Source: Octopus vulgaris (lineage: Eukaryota). From it: a DNA stretch of 64,000 nt. A program made the position numbers and the translations under genes. The stretch lies in contig OX597834.1 of the NCBI GenBank assembly GCA_951406725.2, forward strand, positions 11,284,001 through 11,348,000. The letters are read 5' to 3'. Below are positions 11,738-24,780 of this stretch, in pieces. How positions within the stretch are numbered: position 1 is the first letter of the stretch; the number at the start of each line of letters is the position of its first letter. The notes under the pieces are model-generated. The model saw only the letters and a program-made list of their open reading frames with translations, was not told the origin of the DNA and did no database searches.

Positions 11738-12899
11738 TATATTTCCTGTTACGATGCGCCTAATAAAGTCTCTTCTCTTTCTTCTGAAAACACCTGCACG
11801 TCATTTTCTTTTATCTTTCATCGAAAAGTTCAACCTGCAAGGAGAGAGATTTCGATCATACTATACTTGTGCTTGCTTCATTTTCTTTGTCTTTCCCATT
11901 TTTCATGCGCAGAGACCCTCATTTTACCTCCAACGTATCAATAAATCTGATGATTTATTAAAATAATTTTTAGAAATGATTCGATTCATTTTAAGCATAA
12001 ATTATTGCGGTAAGAGATATCACCAGCTAGACCATCACCACATTCCAATTCTTTGGGTACCATTTTAAAGCAAGAAAAAAAATGTTACAAGCGATTATTT
12101 GCCAAACGTATATACTGCGCATATAAGCATCTGAAGACAAATATTTCCTTTAATTCCTTTAAATGGTGTGGACCTTCAAAAATTTCATAAAAATCGATTG
12201 ACTTTTACAGAAAAACGTTTTGCCCTAAAGGAATCCGCTTAAGAATTACTTCTTCATGGAACTCAAACAAAACAGTAGGTTCGTTTCAAAATAACAATAA
12301 CACTCTTATGAAAATAGTAATAGTAATATTGATGATGGTGATAATAATAATAGTAATAGTAATAATAATAACAATAATAATAATTTTAGTGATGATGATA
12401 ACTATGATGATATAATAAAGATAATACTTTATTTGTCATTATATATTTTTTTATTTATTATTAAAAACAATAACATGTATTTCATTATTTTCCACATGGG
12501 TGACAGATAAAGTATACCACTTTTTAGATTGTGAAAATGCTTGAAGGAATTTTCTGGTTTTTATTATAATTATTATTATTATTATAATTATTATTATTAT
12601 TATTATTATTACTTTTTTATCGAAATCGAATAAGTAGGAACTTAGAAAATGAAATGAAATTATAAACATTACTAAAAATTCGATAATAGCCTTTGGGACC
12701 ACTATAGAAATGCACCAACCCAAAATAAACCTTCGGTACATTAACTACCAAATATATATGATTTCTTTACAACACTATCAAAATTAAATGCTCAACGCAC
12801 AACACGTGAGTGTTGAATGTATTTGTTCTCTTGTCTGATGTTGCATTCAACAAATGTACTTAATTAGACTAATTCTCTCAACTCTCATTTACCTGACCT

Positions 12900-13274
12900 T
12901 TCAGTCCCAATGCGTGGCACCTTGGGAAAGTATCTTCTACTATAGCTTCGGGCCGACCAAAGCCTTGTGAGTGGATTTGGTAGACGGAAACTGAAAGAAA
13001 CCCGTCGTATATGTGTGTATATATGATATATATATATATATGTGTGTGTTTGTGTGTCTGTGTTTGTCCTCCCGTCATCGGTTGACAACCGATGCTGATG
13101 TGTTTACGTCCCCGTACCTTAGCGGTTCGGCAAAAACAAAAACGATAGAATAAGTACTAGGCTTACAAAGAATAAGTCCTTGGGTCGATTTGCACGACTA
13201 AAGGCAGTGCTCAAGCATGGCCACAGTGAAATGACTGAAATAAGTAAAAGAGTAACAGAACAGAGTAAAGAGTA
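12900..13274 (+). mobile_element. SINE family 2 (tRNA head, CORE-like ACCTTGGGCAAGT, internal (TA)n(TG)n, (AAAAGAGT)n tail), 5'-truncated
   Basis: Homologous to the full-length copies at 33989-34389 and 48545-48962. Confidence 0.9.
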
Positions 13275-13399
13275 TATATAGTGAGCTAGTGTTTGTAGAT
13301 TATTTTCATTACTTTTGTTGCATCTTTAGCTTATGCTGTTTCTTTCTTTAGAATTTATTTTTCTTTAACTTTATTTAGAGCTCACCAGTGCTCAAATAG

Positions 13400-13888
13400 T
13401 GCTTTTTTATCGATCCGAAAAGATGAAAGGCGAAATCGACCTTGGTGGCAATTGAACTCAGAACGTAAAACCAGAAGAAATGTTGCAAGGTATTTTGCCG
13501 GTCATGCCAAATCTGTCAGCTCGTCGCCTTTAGCATAATAATAACGATTTCAAATTTTGTCATAAGGGTAGAAATTTTGGAGAAGGTAATAAGTCGATTA
13601 CATCGATTAATTCGACCTGGACGGAATTTGAACTTAGAACGTGAGGATGGTCGAAATACCTATTTCTTTATTACCCACAAGGAGCTAAACACAGAGAGGG
13701 CAAACAAAGACAGACAAATGGATTAAGTCGATTATATCGACCCCAGTGCGTAACTGGTATTTATTTAATTGACCCCGAAAGGATGAAAGGCGAAGTCGAC
13801 CTCGGCAGAATTTGAACTCAGAACGTAACGACAGACGAAATATCGCTAGGCATTTTGCCAGGTGTTCAAACAATTCTGCCAGCTCGAC
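13400..13888 (-). mobile_element. Cluster of SINE family 1 units (13400-13530 old variant, ~13545-13659 body plus alternative tail, 13660-13888 younger unit)
   Basis: Reverse-complement matches to the core and tail. Confidence 0.85.
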
Positions 13889-14002
13889 TTCTTTTTCTTC
13901 TTCTTCTTCTTCTTCTTCTTCTTCTTCTTCTCCTTCTTCTTCTCCTCCTCCTCCTCCTTCTTCTTCTTCTTCTCATTATTATCATTATTATTATCATTAT
14001 CA

Positions 14003-14037
<35 letters not shown>

Positions 14038-14132
14038 TTTATTAAGAAGAACAACAACAACTACAACAAAAATAGTAGTAATAATACTACTACTACTACT
14101 AATAATAATAATAATAATAATAATAACAGTAG
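13889..14132. repeat. Compound trinucleotide tract (CTT)(CCT)(ATT)(ACA)(ACT)(AAT)
   Basis: Direct reading. Source of the poly-S/L/I/K/N ORFs. Confidence 0.97.
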
Positions 14133-14587
14133 TATTGCTTTTGCTATTTGCAACTGCCAAGATATTTGCTCCGCGGCAGGTTATTTTTATGGGATATTTT
14201 GTTTGATGCTGCCGCTGTCAAGCATAATGATTCTAGCATTTCACATTTGCTAGTGAAGATAAGAGTATTGTCGAGTTGTTAAGTGCAAAAATGGTGATAA
14301 TGACTACTTTTCAGCATAATGATTTTTAAGATAAATTGGTTTTTAGCACGTTTGTTTGTATTCCTCTTTCCTGGTTTCATTGTTAATAGTCATATCAAGA
14401 TAGGAGACATTAGTAAGAATTATGCTATTGTCAATGTGAAATTTAATTGCTGGATTTGTTATTTTTATGTTCTGCCAAACAAACTAAACGATTTCTAATT
14501 TGCAGTGTTGTGGAGTAGAAATAGTAGCAGGTGTCCTTTAATATAACAAAGCCTAGTCAGTAGCTAACGAAAGCTAAAAGACGCTCG

Positions 14588-14640
<53 letters not shown>

Positions 14641-14676
14641 CTATATATATATCTGTGTGTGTGTGTGTGTGTGTGT

Positions 14677-14975
14677 GTAGGCACATGGCCTAGTGGTTAG
14701 AGTAGCGGACTCGCTGACGAGAGATCGTGATTTCGAATCTCAGACCGGGCGATGTGTGTTTATGAGTGAAACACCTAAGCTCCACACGGCTCCGGCAGAA
14801 GGTAATGGCGAACTTCTGCTCACTCTTTCGCCACAACTTTCTCTCACTCTTTCCTCCTGCATCTTGCAGCTCACCTGCGACGAACCGGTGTTCCGTCCAG
14901 GTGGGGAACGTATACACCAAGGAAACCGGTAACCCGGCCCTTATGAGCCAGTCATCGCTCGAGAAGGAACAAACA
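14677..14975 (+). mobile_element. SINE family 3 variant (same head and 5' body, different 3' part)
   Basis: TGGCCTAGTGGTTAG..TTCGAATCTCAGACCGGGCG..ACAACTTTCTCTCACTCTT is shared with 5476-5660. Confidence 0.8.
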
Positions 14976-15022
14976 ATATATATATATATAGTTGCAGTAG
15001 TGGCTATGGCTATAGGTACATA

Positions 15023-15176
15023 AGTGGCTGCGTGGTAAGTAGCCTGCTTACCAACAACATGTTTCCGAGTTCAGTCCCACTGCGTGGCACCTTGGGCAAG
15101 TGTCTCCTACTATGATAGCCTCGGACCGACCAAAGACATGTGAGTGGATTTGGTAGATGGAAACTGAAAGAAGCCG
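15023..15176 (+). mobile_element. SINE family 2, 5' half
   Basis: Head and CORE-like segment. Confidence 0.85.
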
Positions 15177-15244
15177 GTGTGGATGTGTGTGAGTATACAT
15201 ATATATAATATATATTTATATCTTTAGAAAAAAATGAATTTATC

Positions 15245-16840
15245 CGCTCCTACGACCTTATTAGACCACACATTGACACTCTTGATGTCATCATGGAAAA
15301 TAACAGTGGTAAGTCCAATAGAGATAGGGAAGATGGAGCCAGAACCAGAAGTCCTGCTGATCTAGTGGTCCCACAAAAGAATTGATCCCCTATCCCTATG
15401 AACAACCAGGTTGATAAGAATAGAGAATCTGAAGAAGCAACAACTAGAAGTCCCTCCCTGCCAGTGGTCCTACAAAGGAATGGAGCCCTCAACTAGAGGA
15501 ATGCAAGTCCTACTACCAGTAAAGTAAGGAAAGACCACGGGCACAAACACAAAGAAGGGAGCAGAGAGAAAGGAAAAGGAAAATATGAAACAACTAAAAC
15601 GGAAACTGAAAACCCCCAAACAAAAAACACAGCACAACTCAATTATGGAAGATACCATGGAATTCAAAACTTTAGAGGAGATAAAACTTTTTGGAATGAA
15701 GTCAAGAACATACACATTTTACCTGCAAGGCAAACGTTGGCATGGGGAAGACGGTACGAACTGCCGGTTTCTTCACTCAAGACCCCGCCAAAACTGCAGG
15801 GGTCTTAAAGAGAAATACTTCCCTAAGGAGAAGTACCAATACTCTCCAAAGAGAATGTATACAAATGCAGTGCGCTCTTGCGATGTTATACGCAAGGCAG
15901 GAATCTTCTTTGTGCTTCGCGCAAAATATTGTGCAGTAGTGGACCTGGCTGCATCAAGCTCTAACGCGGAGCTTTGCCTACTACGACGCAAAACCACCAC
16001 AATCAACAGACACAGGATGGTCTCTCCTAACACCTGCACAGTCGAAGCGCCAATATTTTTACTAAATATTGGAAGCCTGTTGCATCACAAAAACAAAAGC
16101 AAAATCTTTTTCATGAAAGACCTTGCTGCATGCTATCAAGCTCTATGCATAGCACACGAGGAAATTCATCTGATCCCCGATACGGAGGACGAAAAAGTAC
16201 AGGCACCAAAATATATCATGCTGCGAACTTACAGAAGGGAAAGGAACCATGGTTGGGTTGCTGTATACATCCGTGAGGACCTCACACCTCATATTCAAAT
16301 TCAGTATCTGATTCTCTCATTGTATACATAAGACAACACAATATAGTCATATGCAATATAGTCATATGTATACATATGCTGTATACATCCGTGAGGACCT
16401 CACACCTCAGGCCCTTCTGTCATATTCAAATTCAGTATCTGATTCTCTCATTGTATACATAAGACAACACAATATAGTCATATGCAATATAGTCATATGT
16501 ATACATATGCTGTATACATCCGTGAGGACCTCACACCTCGGGCCCTTCTGTCATATTCAAATTCAGTATCTGATTCTCTCATTGTATACATAAGACAACA
16601 CAATATAGTCATATGCAATATAGTCATATGTATACATATGCTGTATACATCCGTGAGGACCTCACACCTCAGGCCCTTCTGTCATATTCAAATTCAGTAT
16701 CTGATTCTTTCATTGTATACATAAGACAACACAATATAGTCATACGCAATACATATAAGCCACGGGGTGGTCCAAACCACGTAGGCAAGTTTGAAGATTT
16801 GCCTCACAAGAAGAAAAGATACCTTCATGAAACTGGAACG
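15245..16840 (+). pseudogene. Decayed APE-type LINE (CR1/L2-group-like): ORF1 end with CCCH-like fingers followed by the AP endonuclease N-terminus
   Basis: ORF 15585-16331: YTFYLQGKRWHGEDGTNCRFLH (decayed CCCH), then LLNIGSL..CIAHEEIHL..LRTYR..HGWVAVYIR, matching APE motifs (N..SL, .ETWL, R.DR, GGGVA.Y). Confidence 0.75.
16259..16750 (+). repeat. 131-bp tandem repeat (~3.7 copies) inside the LINE endonuclease
   Basis: Near-identical ORFs start at 16351, 16482 and 16613, i.e. spaced 131 bp. Confidence 0.95.
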
Positions 16841-17052
16841 TTAGGTGAAAGAGAAAACAGAGACAAAAAAATGGAATGACGTGGTTATTGCATAAACACT
16901 TTCATGAATGTTAAACACAATGCATTTGTGATGTACTCTTTGACTTCGTTGATTCGGAAAATTAAAAGCAATCTCGTGTAAATTCTAAGTTTGCGAAACA
17001 CACTCAGTACATTTTTCATTATCTTAACATAATTTGACATTTTATATCTAAA

Positions 17053-17435
17053 CTAGCAGTATCGCCCGGCGTTGCTCGGGTTTGTAAGGGAAATAACTAT
17101 AAAGCATTTTTAGAGAGTTATAGTCAAAAAATAGCAAAAAATGGGGAAAAAATGATGGTAAATTTTTTTGAGAGTTAAAAAGGTCGAGTCGCGTCCCCTA
17201 GACCATCTGTGGTTTGTGTTTCTGATTGTCGACTCCATGTCGAATTTATCGATTTCTTTTCAGAACTGGGGGAACTTTTCAAAATTTTCGCTGCGTTAGT
17301 TTTGAATTATGACATTGGGCTATGTGTGTGTCAAGTTTCATCAGAATCGGTTGAAAGCCGTGGTCAGGGTGAGGGTACAACCTGACAGACACACAGAAAC
17401 ACACACAGACAAACTGCCGTTTATATATAGAGAGA
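17053..17435 (-). mobile_element. Non-autonomous Helitron, subfamily 2
   Basis: TC start and CTAG end on the minus strand, inserted between A and T with no TSD. Empty site at 19299/19300. Homologous to 44573-44956. Confidence 0.92.
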
Positions 17436-17989
17436 TAACAAAACGTAGAGCATAAGGAAAAAACAGATGCATTTGATAAAATTTTCACTACTTTCCTAAA
17501 CAGATAAATACACAGAGATGTGCACACGTACGTATATTCATAGTTATTTTTATTTAAATATAGTATAATTATATATATAACATATGTATGTTTGTGCGCG
17601 CGTCTGCTTGTATATAAAAGCAACGACGAAAATTATAATACGTAAGACAAAGTGACTCCGAAATATAACTTTAGATTATCATCGCTCGAGGAGGGTAATG
17701 TAAGGAGAAGAATCTACCATTTCGAAATTAGCTTTACCTCAGAAAAAGGGCCAGCTTTGTCTCACTCTGTGTCACGCTGAATCCCCTTGAGAATTACGTT
17801 GAGGCCACACGTGTCTGCGAAGTACTCAGCCACATGTACGTTAATTTTACGAGTAGGCTGATCCGTTAAGACTGTGGATTTGCAATGCCAAGGTGATTTT
17901 TCCGCCGATATTGCAAGCAACTCCGTCAATATTTTGACGAAGGGCAGAGAATAGGAATATCTATATCTATAATGTCGCTAGAAAATGTC

Positions 17990-18246
17990 GCTAGAAGCTG
18001 GGATCACCAAGTGTAGATTGGCATACTTCGGTCATATTATGCGGAGAAAATCCCTGGAGAAGCACATCATGCTCGGAATGGTCAGTGGCAAGACAAGAAG
18101 AGGCCGACCAAGAAACCCGCTGACTTGACACCATCAGGAGTGATACCGGAATGGACATGGCCAGTCTGAAAGAAGTGGCCTAGGATAGAACTGACTGGAG
18201 GACACTGATCCAAAGAGTGACCGAGAGTCGATTTCGACTGAGCGGT
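17990..18246 (+). mobile_element. RTE-clade LINE 3' end
   Basis: Encodes RLAYFGHIMRRKSLEKHIMLGMVSGKTRRGRPR, a typical RTE C-terminus. Confidence 0.8.
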
Positions 18247-18260
18247 TAGAGAGAGAGATA

Positions 18261-18781
18261 TCTATAACAGGCAGGATGTGTGTGTGTACGTGAATGTACT
18301 TTATGCACGTCCACAAATTAGCACGCATGTCGCTTCAATTTTAGGAGGACATTGGTCACAACCATAGCTGTGCTTTTGTCAACTTATTTTGCCCGAGGCA
18401 CACACGGATAGTGATAAAGAAAAAAAGGATTTCAACCATAACTTTTACCAATTTTCGCGTCAGTGAAATCTGTAAGTTTTCTAACATGAGTTAAGTCCCC
18501 TGTCTCATAGATTAATTCACCTTACTACAACGCCTTCGAAAAAGAATTAGATTTGGACGAAGCAAGCAGTCTCAGCGTAGGAAAAGAAAAATAGCTGAAG
18601 AGACTATTAGCAGATCCATTAGTAAAATATTATAACTTTTGGGGCTGAAGCCTAGCAATAAAGGCTTGCCAATATTCCACTACAAAACATTCAATAATAT
18701 CGAAGCAATAACTTTCATAAATCAGGGTATAATTTTTGAAGAGTCTTTCTGAACCCAGTCAACGACGGGTATTTCTGCTAT
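18261..18781 (+). mobile_element. Older Helitron-like non-autonomous element
   Basis: Starts A|TCTATAACAGGCAG..TGTGTG. Ends CCCAGTCAACGACGGG hairpin plus TATTTCTGCTA, resembling the Helitron 3' end above. Confidence 0.45.
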
Positions 18782-19739
18782 TCAGACTTAATGACGTTTT
18801 TATTATTTATATGCTCTTCGTGTTTCGTGCCAAAACATCTTCAACGTAGAATTAACCCTCGTTTTAAAGGAATGGTTAAAATAAATATCTATCAAATTGA
18901 CTGTATCTCCTGTGGAAAACGAATTTTGCTTAAATGTTAAGAATTAATATTTTCCCACCTATTACGTTTAATTTCACTTTTAAAAGATATTGCAAACTTC
19001 TTCAGTTTTTTTCGTAATACATTCTGCGTAGCTGATGTATGTGTGGTGCATTGGCAGTTGTTTTATTATAATAATAGAAAAATTTAAAATGTGTGAAAGA
19101 GAAAACAGAGACAAAAAATGGAATGACGTGGTTATTGCATAAACACTTTCATGAATGTTAAACACAATGCATTTGTGGTGTACTCTTTGACTTCGTTGAT
19201 TCGGAAAATTAAAAGCAATCTCGTGTAAATTCTAAGTGTGTGAAACACACTCAGTACATTTTTCATTATCTTAACATAATTTGACATTTTATATCTAAAT
19301 AACAAAACGTAAAGAATAAGGAAAAAACAGATGCGTTTGATAAAATGTTCACTCTACTTTTCTAAACAGATAAATACACAGAGATGTACACACGTACGTA
19401 TATTTATATTTATATTTATTTAAATATAGTATAATTATATATAACATATGTATGTTCGTGCGCGCGTCTGCTTGTAAATAAAAGCAACGATGAAAATTAT
19501 AATACGTAAGACAAAGTGACTCCGAAATATAATTTTAGATTATCATCGCTCGAGGAAGGTAATGTAAGGAGAAGAATCTACCATTTTGAAATTAGCTTTA
19601 CCTCAGAAAAATTGCAGTGGGGAAAATGGAAAGGCTCAATTTTGTATGCGACGGGACATGTTGGAAATAGCTTACAATTTCAAGTCGAATTTTCTGCTGA
19701 TATTTCTAGCAACTCGGTGTATCAGCATGGCCGCTGCTC

Positions 19740-19953
19740 TGAGCTGAAACAACAGAGAGGACAAACAATGACAGACAAACAGATTAAGTCGATTATATCG
19801 ACCCCAGTACGTAACTGGTACTTATTTAATCGAACCCGAAAGGATGAAAGGCAAAGTCGACCTCGGCGGAATTTGAACCAGAACGTAGCGGTAGACGAAA
19901 TTCCGCTAGGTATTTCGCCCGGCGTGCTAACGTTTCTGCCAGCTCGTTGCCTT
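19740..19953 (-). mobile_element. SINE family 1
   Basis: Reverse-complement match. Confidence 0.9.
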
Positions 19954-20768
19954 AGGGTTCTTTCAGACTCTGCCAACCAAATTCTCTCAGAACGCTTTGG
20001 TTTGTCGAATAGAAGACGCTTGACCAACGTCCCTCGCAGTACGACGGAACGCAGGACCATCTAATTAGGAGACAAACTTCTTACAACATGCCCACATCTG
20101 CCCCAGGTGATTCCTTCAAAGAATTTCACCAAAAATTCATAGATATATAATCAGCCCTCTGTACATCTAGCCCTAACGGAAACAACTTTGTTGCAGCTAT
20201 ACTGACTATACACCTGGTATGGGAATACTCTATAAGTTGTACAACCAGCTGTTTCGCAGAGAACCAGTAAAAATGTTTTAGTATTAAGCCTCTTTCTCAT
20301 AGACTGAACAGTAACGAAAAATAATAATTAGAGATTATATGCGAAAGGTTTTATGGTATAACGATTGAACAATATATACAGAACGTCTTGGATTTTCGTT
20401 CGTATCCCCTTATGAATAAAGGAAATATCATTGGCTACCGATTTTCAACGTAAATATATCTTAGCTTTTTTTTTCTTAGTTTTATTGCGTTTATGAATTC
20501 GCTTTTATTTTCGTCGGAGATCAATGCTTACTACATTTCATCTCCTCGCAGAATTCCGTTCGATTTCAGAAAACAGAATATTATTCTATCAAGCAAATGT
20601 TTACATTTCATTATATTCATTATCCATGATTTCGCAAATATAATCTCGACAATATCTCTTGTGAAATAATAACAAAAAAAAAAAGGTCACACTTCATAAA
20701 GAAACGAATAAGAATTACCAATAAGCGCAGCAATACTGACACTATTTCACAAAAACAGATACACACAC

Positions 20769-20831
<63 letters not shown>

Positions 20832-21077
20832 CACACGTACACACACATATATAAAGGCATATTTACACATACTCAAAATCATGATGGCGGATAAAAAGTA
20901 CATATTCACTGACAAAATGTGAAACAAGGATCATAACATATGTGACGAGTCGTTTCAACTAAATTATTTGAGTGTACGCGAATGTGAGAATGTTTACATC
21001 GAAAGGAACAGCTTCATGAAGACGGGCTTATTATGTACGAGTTATTGTTTCATTTGGATGTGTGTATATGTATAAGT

Positions 21078-21110
<33 letters not shown>

Positions 21111-21229
21111 ACGATTGATACATACATACATAAATAGGTAAATAGATAAATTTCTGTTATGCATTTCTGTATACATGCACTTGAGTATCTATATATTTAT
21201 ACATTTTTCTCTGCATATATATGTGTTTG

Positions 21230-21260
21230 TATATATATATATCTATATATATATACACTT

Positions 21261-21299
<39 letters not shown>

Positions 21300-21304
21300 C
21301 ACTT

Positions 21305-21343
<39 letters not shown>

Positions 21344-21348
21344 CACTT

Positions 21349-21383
<35 letters not shown>

Positions 21384-21416
21384 CACTTATACATATATAT
21401 ATATATACATACACTT

Positions 21417-21451
<35 letters not shown>

Positions 21452-21792
21452 CACTTATATATATATATATATATATATACATACATATACATATATATAT
21501 ATATATATACATACACTTATACATATATATATATATATACATACACTTATACATATATATATATATATGTATATATACATACATACACTTATACATATAT
21601 ATATATGTGTATATATACATACATACACTTATACATATATATATATATATATATATATGCATATATACATACATACACTTATACATATATACATATACAC
21701 ACACATATATATATATATACAGATAAATAATAATAATAATAATAATTATAATAATAATAATATCATCATCATCATCATTATTATTATTATTA
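21230..21792. repeat. Minisatellite CATACACTTATACA(TA)n (~10 units) followed by (AAT)n/(ATC)n
   Basis: Direct reading. Confidence 0.95.
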
Positions 21793-21882
21793 CTCCATTG
21801 TGAATTATTTATTTTGTCTACGTATCAATGTAGGTACATATATATATATAAAGATATACAGACTAACACACACATATAGATG

Positions 21883-21918
<36 letters not shown>

Positions 21919-23174
21919 TTTGTTTCTATTTATCAACGTATATACATATGTCAGCTTATAGGTTTCTATTATGAGGTTATTTTCTTCTTCTCTTCGATTC
22001 TATTACAGAATATAATATCTAAATTGACATATAATCCGTTTTCTTCTATACATTTATGTATCTGATAATAAATTACTTTTGGAAGAAAATAGAAAAAAAA
22101 TATCAAACCCAACATAATAACAAAATATAGAGTAACTCCGAAATAATCGAATCTATAAGAACCGTATCTATATCAATCGCAATGGTAATATAAATAACAA
22201 TAATATAAATTTTCGCTACAATTTTCAAATTTAGCTACAATAACTAAAGACAAAACAGATTCATTTGTTTACTACATATTTATAATTGGACAGTTGATCG
22301 GAAGCCAATGTGTATGAGATTTCCAATGATGAGATGACTGTTTTATTTATTTCAGATGTACGTTTTGAGTGAGTGAGTGAGTGAGTGAGTTTTTTCCCCC
22401 GTCCTTTGAGCTTGTTTTTGTTTTGTTTTTTTTTTGGTTTTGGTTTTTTGTTGTGGTTGCTTTGGTTTTTGTTTTCGTTCTTAAGCTATTTATGTGAATG
22501 TAAAATGGATGGCAGCGAGTGGACGTATGTGAACGTGTTAGGTTTGTGTGTGTGAGTGTGTGTGTAATTTTGTGTCTGTGTCTTTCTGTGTGTCTAGGTA
22601 TACGCCTGCATGAATACGTACATACATGAAAATGTTTGTTATGCATGTATACATATATGTGTGTGTGTGTGTATGTATATGTGTGTGTTTGTGGTGTTGG
22701 TGGTACTGGTGCTGATGTGTGTGTATGTGTGTGCGTGTGTGTGTGAGTAGTACATTGGCTTTAAAAAGGCTTTGTAGGCTAATGACAATTTTGTGTGAGT
22801 ACCTGTCTTCTAAGTCTTGTCCTATAAATGTGCAATAAATAAATAAATAGAGAAACTCACCCCATTAGATAAAGGGAAAAGAAATATAAAACGATTATCT
22901 CCCTTATACCGGAAGAAATCGCTCATTACCTCCCCCTACCTGGAACTCTACTTTGCACTTCCTAACGAAGACATAACATGATGTAGGTAAAGACACTTGA
23001 GAAATTTGAAAAGTTAACACGAAACCGGTAATTTCTTCAAAAACTATGTTTATAAAATTCTTCCAACATAATGACTCAAATATATTCTTTAACCTTATAA
23101 AACAAAGCTTCTGTAGTTTTTTCACATTTTACTATTTTCTATATATCCAACCACGTGCTTTCACACACCAACTT

Positions 23175-23209
<35 letters not shown>

Positions 23210-23212
23210 TAT

Positions 23213-23690
23213 CAATGATAAAGGGTGAAATTAATTAATTTAGAAATAATCATTAATTTCACCAAGTAGAGTTCGCCATGTAAAAGCCCCATTCAAGGAA
23301 GGTTTAAGTAATACTAAGTAATTAAGGGTTTAGCAACGATTTGCCTCACCACACACCGAATTTAGAAATAGCAGTCAAAAAGTTTTGGCTATTCTTTCTA
23401 CTTAAAAGGGAGATCCCAGTAAAACCAAAGCACTTAAAAAGCAAACGACGCAGGCAAAAGAGAAAGAAATGATGAAAATCATTCTATATTCAGTCACCTA
23501 CGGACGTACGTTTCGGAATTAAGTCATTGCAGAGCATAAAAATTAAATAATTATGTCTTACCTGACTATTTTCCTCCTCAGCGTAGGACTCTTTAATTAT
23601 AATAATTGCGTATTAAATTTGAAGGCACTAGAAGACATCACCTCAACTCATGGTATCAGAGCGATCGGTGTGTGGTGAGGCAAATCGTTG

Positions 23691-23693
<3 letters not shown>
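23213..23693 (-). mobile_element. Family C: TA-embedded Penelope-like terminal fragment with hammerhead and a 29-bp inverted duplication
   Basis: (TA)n on both sides. Perfect inverted repeat 23331-23359 / 23665-23693. HHR at 23497-23587. Confidence 0.75.
23497..23587 (-). ncRNA. Type I hammerhead ribozyme with canonical core
   Basis: Minus strand: stem I CCTACG/CGTAGG, CTGAGGA, stem II GGAA/TTCC extended by AGTCA/TGACT, GAAA, palindromic stem III ACGTACGT, GUC cleavage triplet. Confidence 0.88.
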
Positions 23694-23735
<42 letters not shown>

Positions 23736-24548
23736 CGCAGGCACGGCTGTGTGGTAAGTGGCCTGCTTGCCAACAACATGGTTCCGGATTCAGATCCACT
23801 ACGTGGCACTTGTGGTTTTATACACCTCATTTCTTGAAACGTTATTTGGATATACATTAGCAATTACCCTGGATGATTATTTTATTGGTATTTATTTCTA
23901 TTTGAATGTTGGATATAGTTAAACAAATTCGTATAACATTGCGTGCTTTATTGCTATCTGGATTTTAAAATCTTTTTTATATCTTATTGTGTGTGTGTCT
24001 TTGTATCTGAGTTTGTTCCCGACCGCCGTTTGACAACCGCTGATGGTATGTTTACAACCTGTAACCTAGTGGTTCGACAAAATTCCCCAATTATAAATCG
24101 GGAAAATTGGAGGCCGGGAGTTGGAGCAGTTGCGGTCGTATAAACTCTTCGACAAACACTTCTGCCATTTCCGGAGGTACGGCAAAGAGCCGAATCCTGC
24201 TGCCAAAGACAAAATTTCCAATAGCAACCCCCCCACCCAGGCGGGATTGACCACAGTCTCCAGCAGCTCCACACATTGTTGGCTGGCTGTCTGTATTGAG
24301 CCTAAGGTCTCTTTCAAAGATATGGTGATGAATATCGAACCTGCGGACGCAGTGAGAACGCCTGCTCTATTCTCTCTTTCTGGCCATATCCGTATTATAT
24401 TTTACAGATTTGACATTGTCCATATATCATCGAGCAGCAGTCGTTGTGTCGGCATTGGATACCCGGCGCCGATGATATGGGTAACTCTTTTCTAATAGCT
24501 TCCACATCACCATGTCACCTCACTTTTTCTTAACTACAATATTTATAT

Positions 24549-24780
24549 GTTTCTTTATTGCCCACAAGGGGCTAAACATAGAGGAGACAAACTAGAACAG
24601 ACAAAGGGATTAAGTCGATTACATCGACCCCGATGCGTAACTGGTACTTAATTTATCGAACTCGAAAGGATGAAAGGCAAAGTCGACCTCGGTGGGATTT
24701 GAACTCAGAACGTAACGGCAGACGAAGTACGGCTACGCATTTCGCCCGGCCTGCTAACGATTCTGCCAGCTCGCCGCCTT
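24549..24780 (-). mobile_element. SINE family 1
   Basis: Reverse-complement match, full length. Confidence 0.92.

Larger units (their letters stand above)
16845..19611 (+). repeat. Local direct duplication: 16845-17747 (with Helitron) versus 19093-19611 (without)
   Basis: About 520 bp of nearly identical sequence from GTGAAAGAGAAAACAGAG to CCTCAGAAAAA. Confidence 0.93.

Noticed and set aside
13812-14253. Homopolymer-rich ORFs on both strands
   Set aside because: Compound trinucleotide microsatellite beside a SINE.
15585-16331. 248-aa ORF as a host gene
   Set aside because: Decayed LINE ORF1/endonuclease with catalytic and Cys residues lost.
16259-16750. CRISPR-like array
   Set aside because: Whole 131-bp units repeat with no unique spacers, there are no cas genes, and the context is eukaryotic.
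22280-22330. Possible miRNA hairpin (ATTGGA...TCCAAT)
   Set aside because: Only the ends pair, and it matches no miRNA I recognise.
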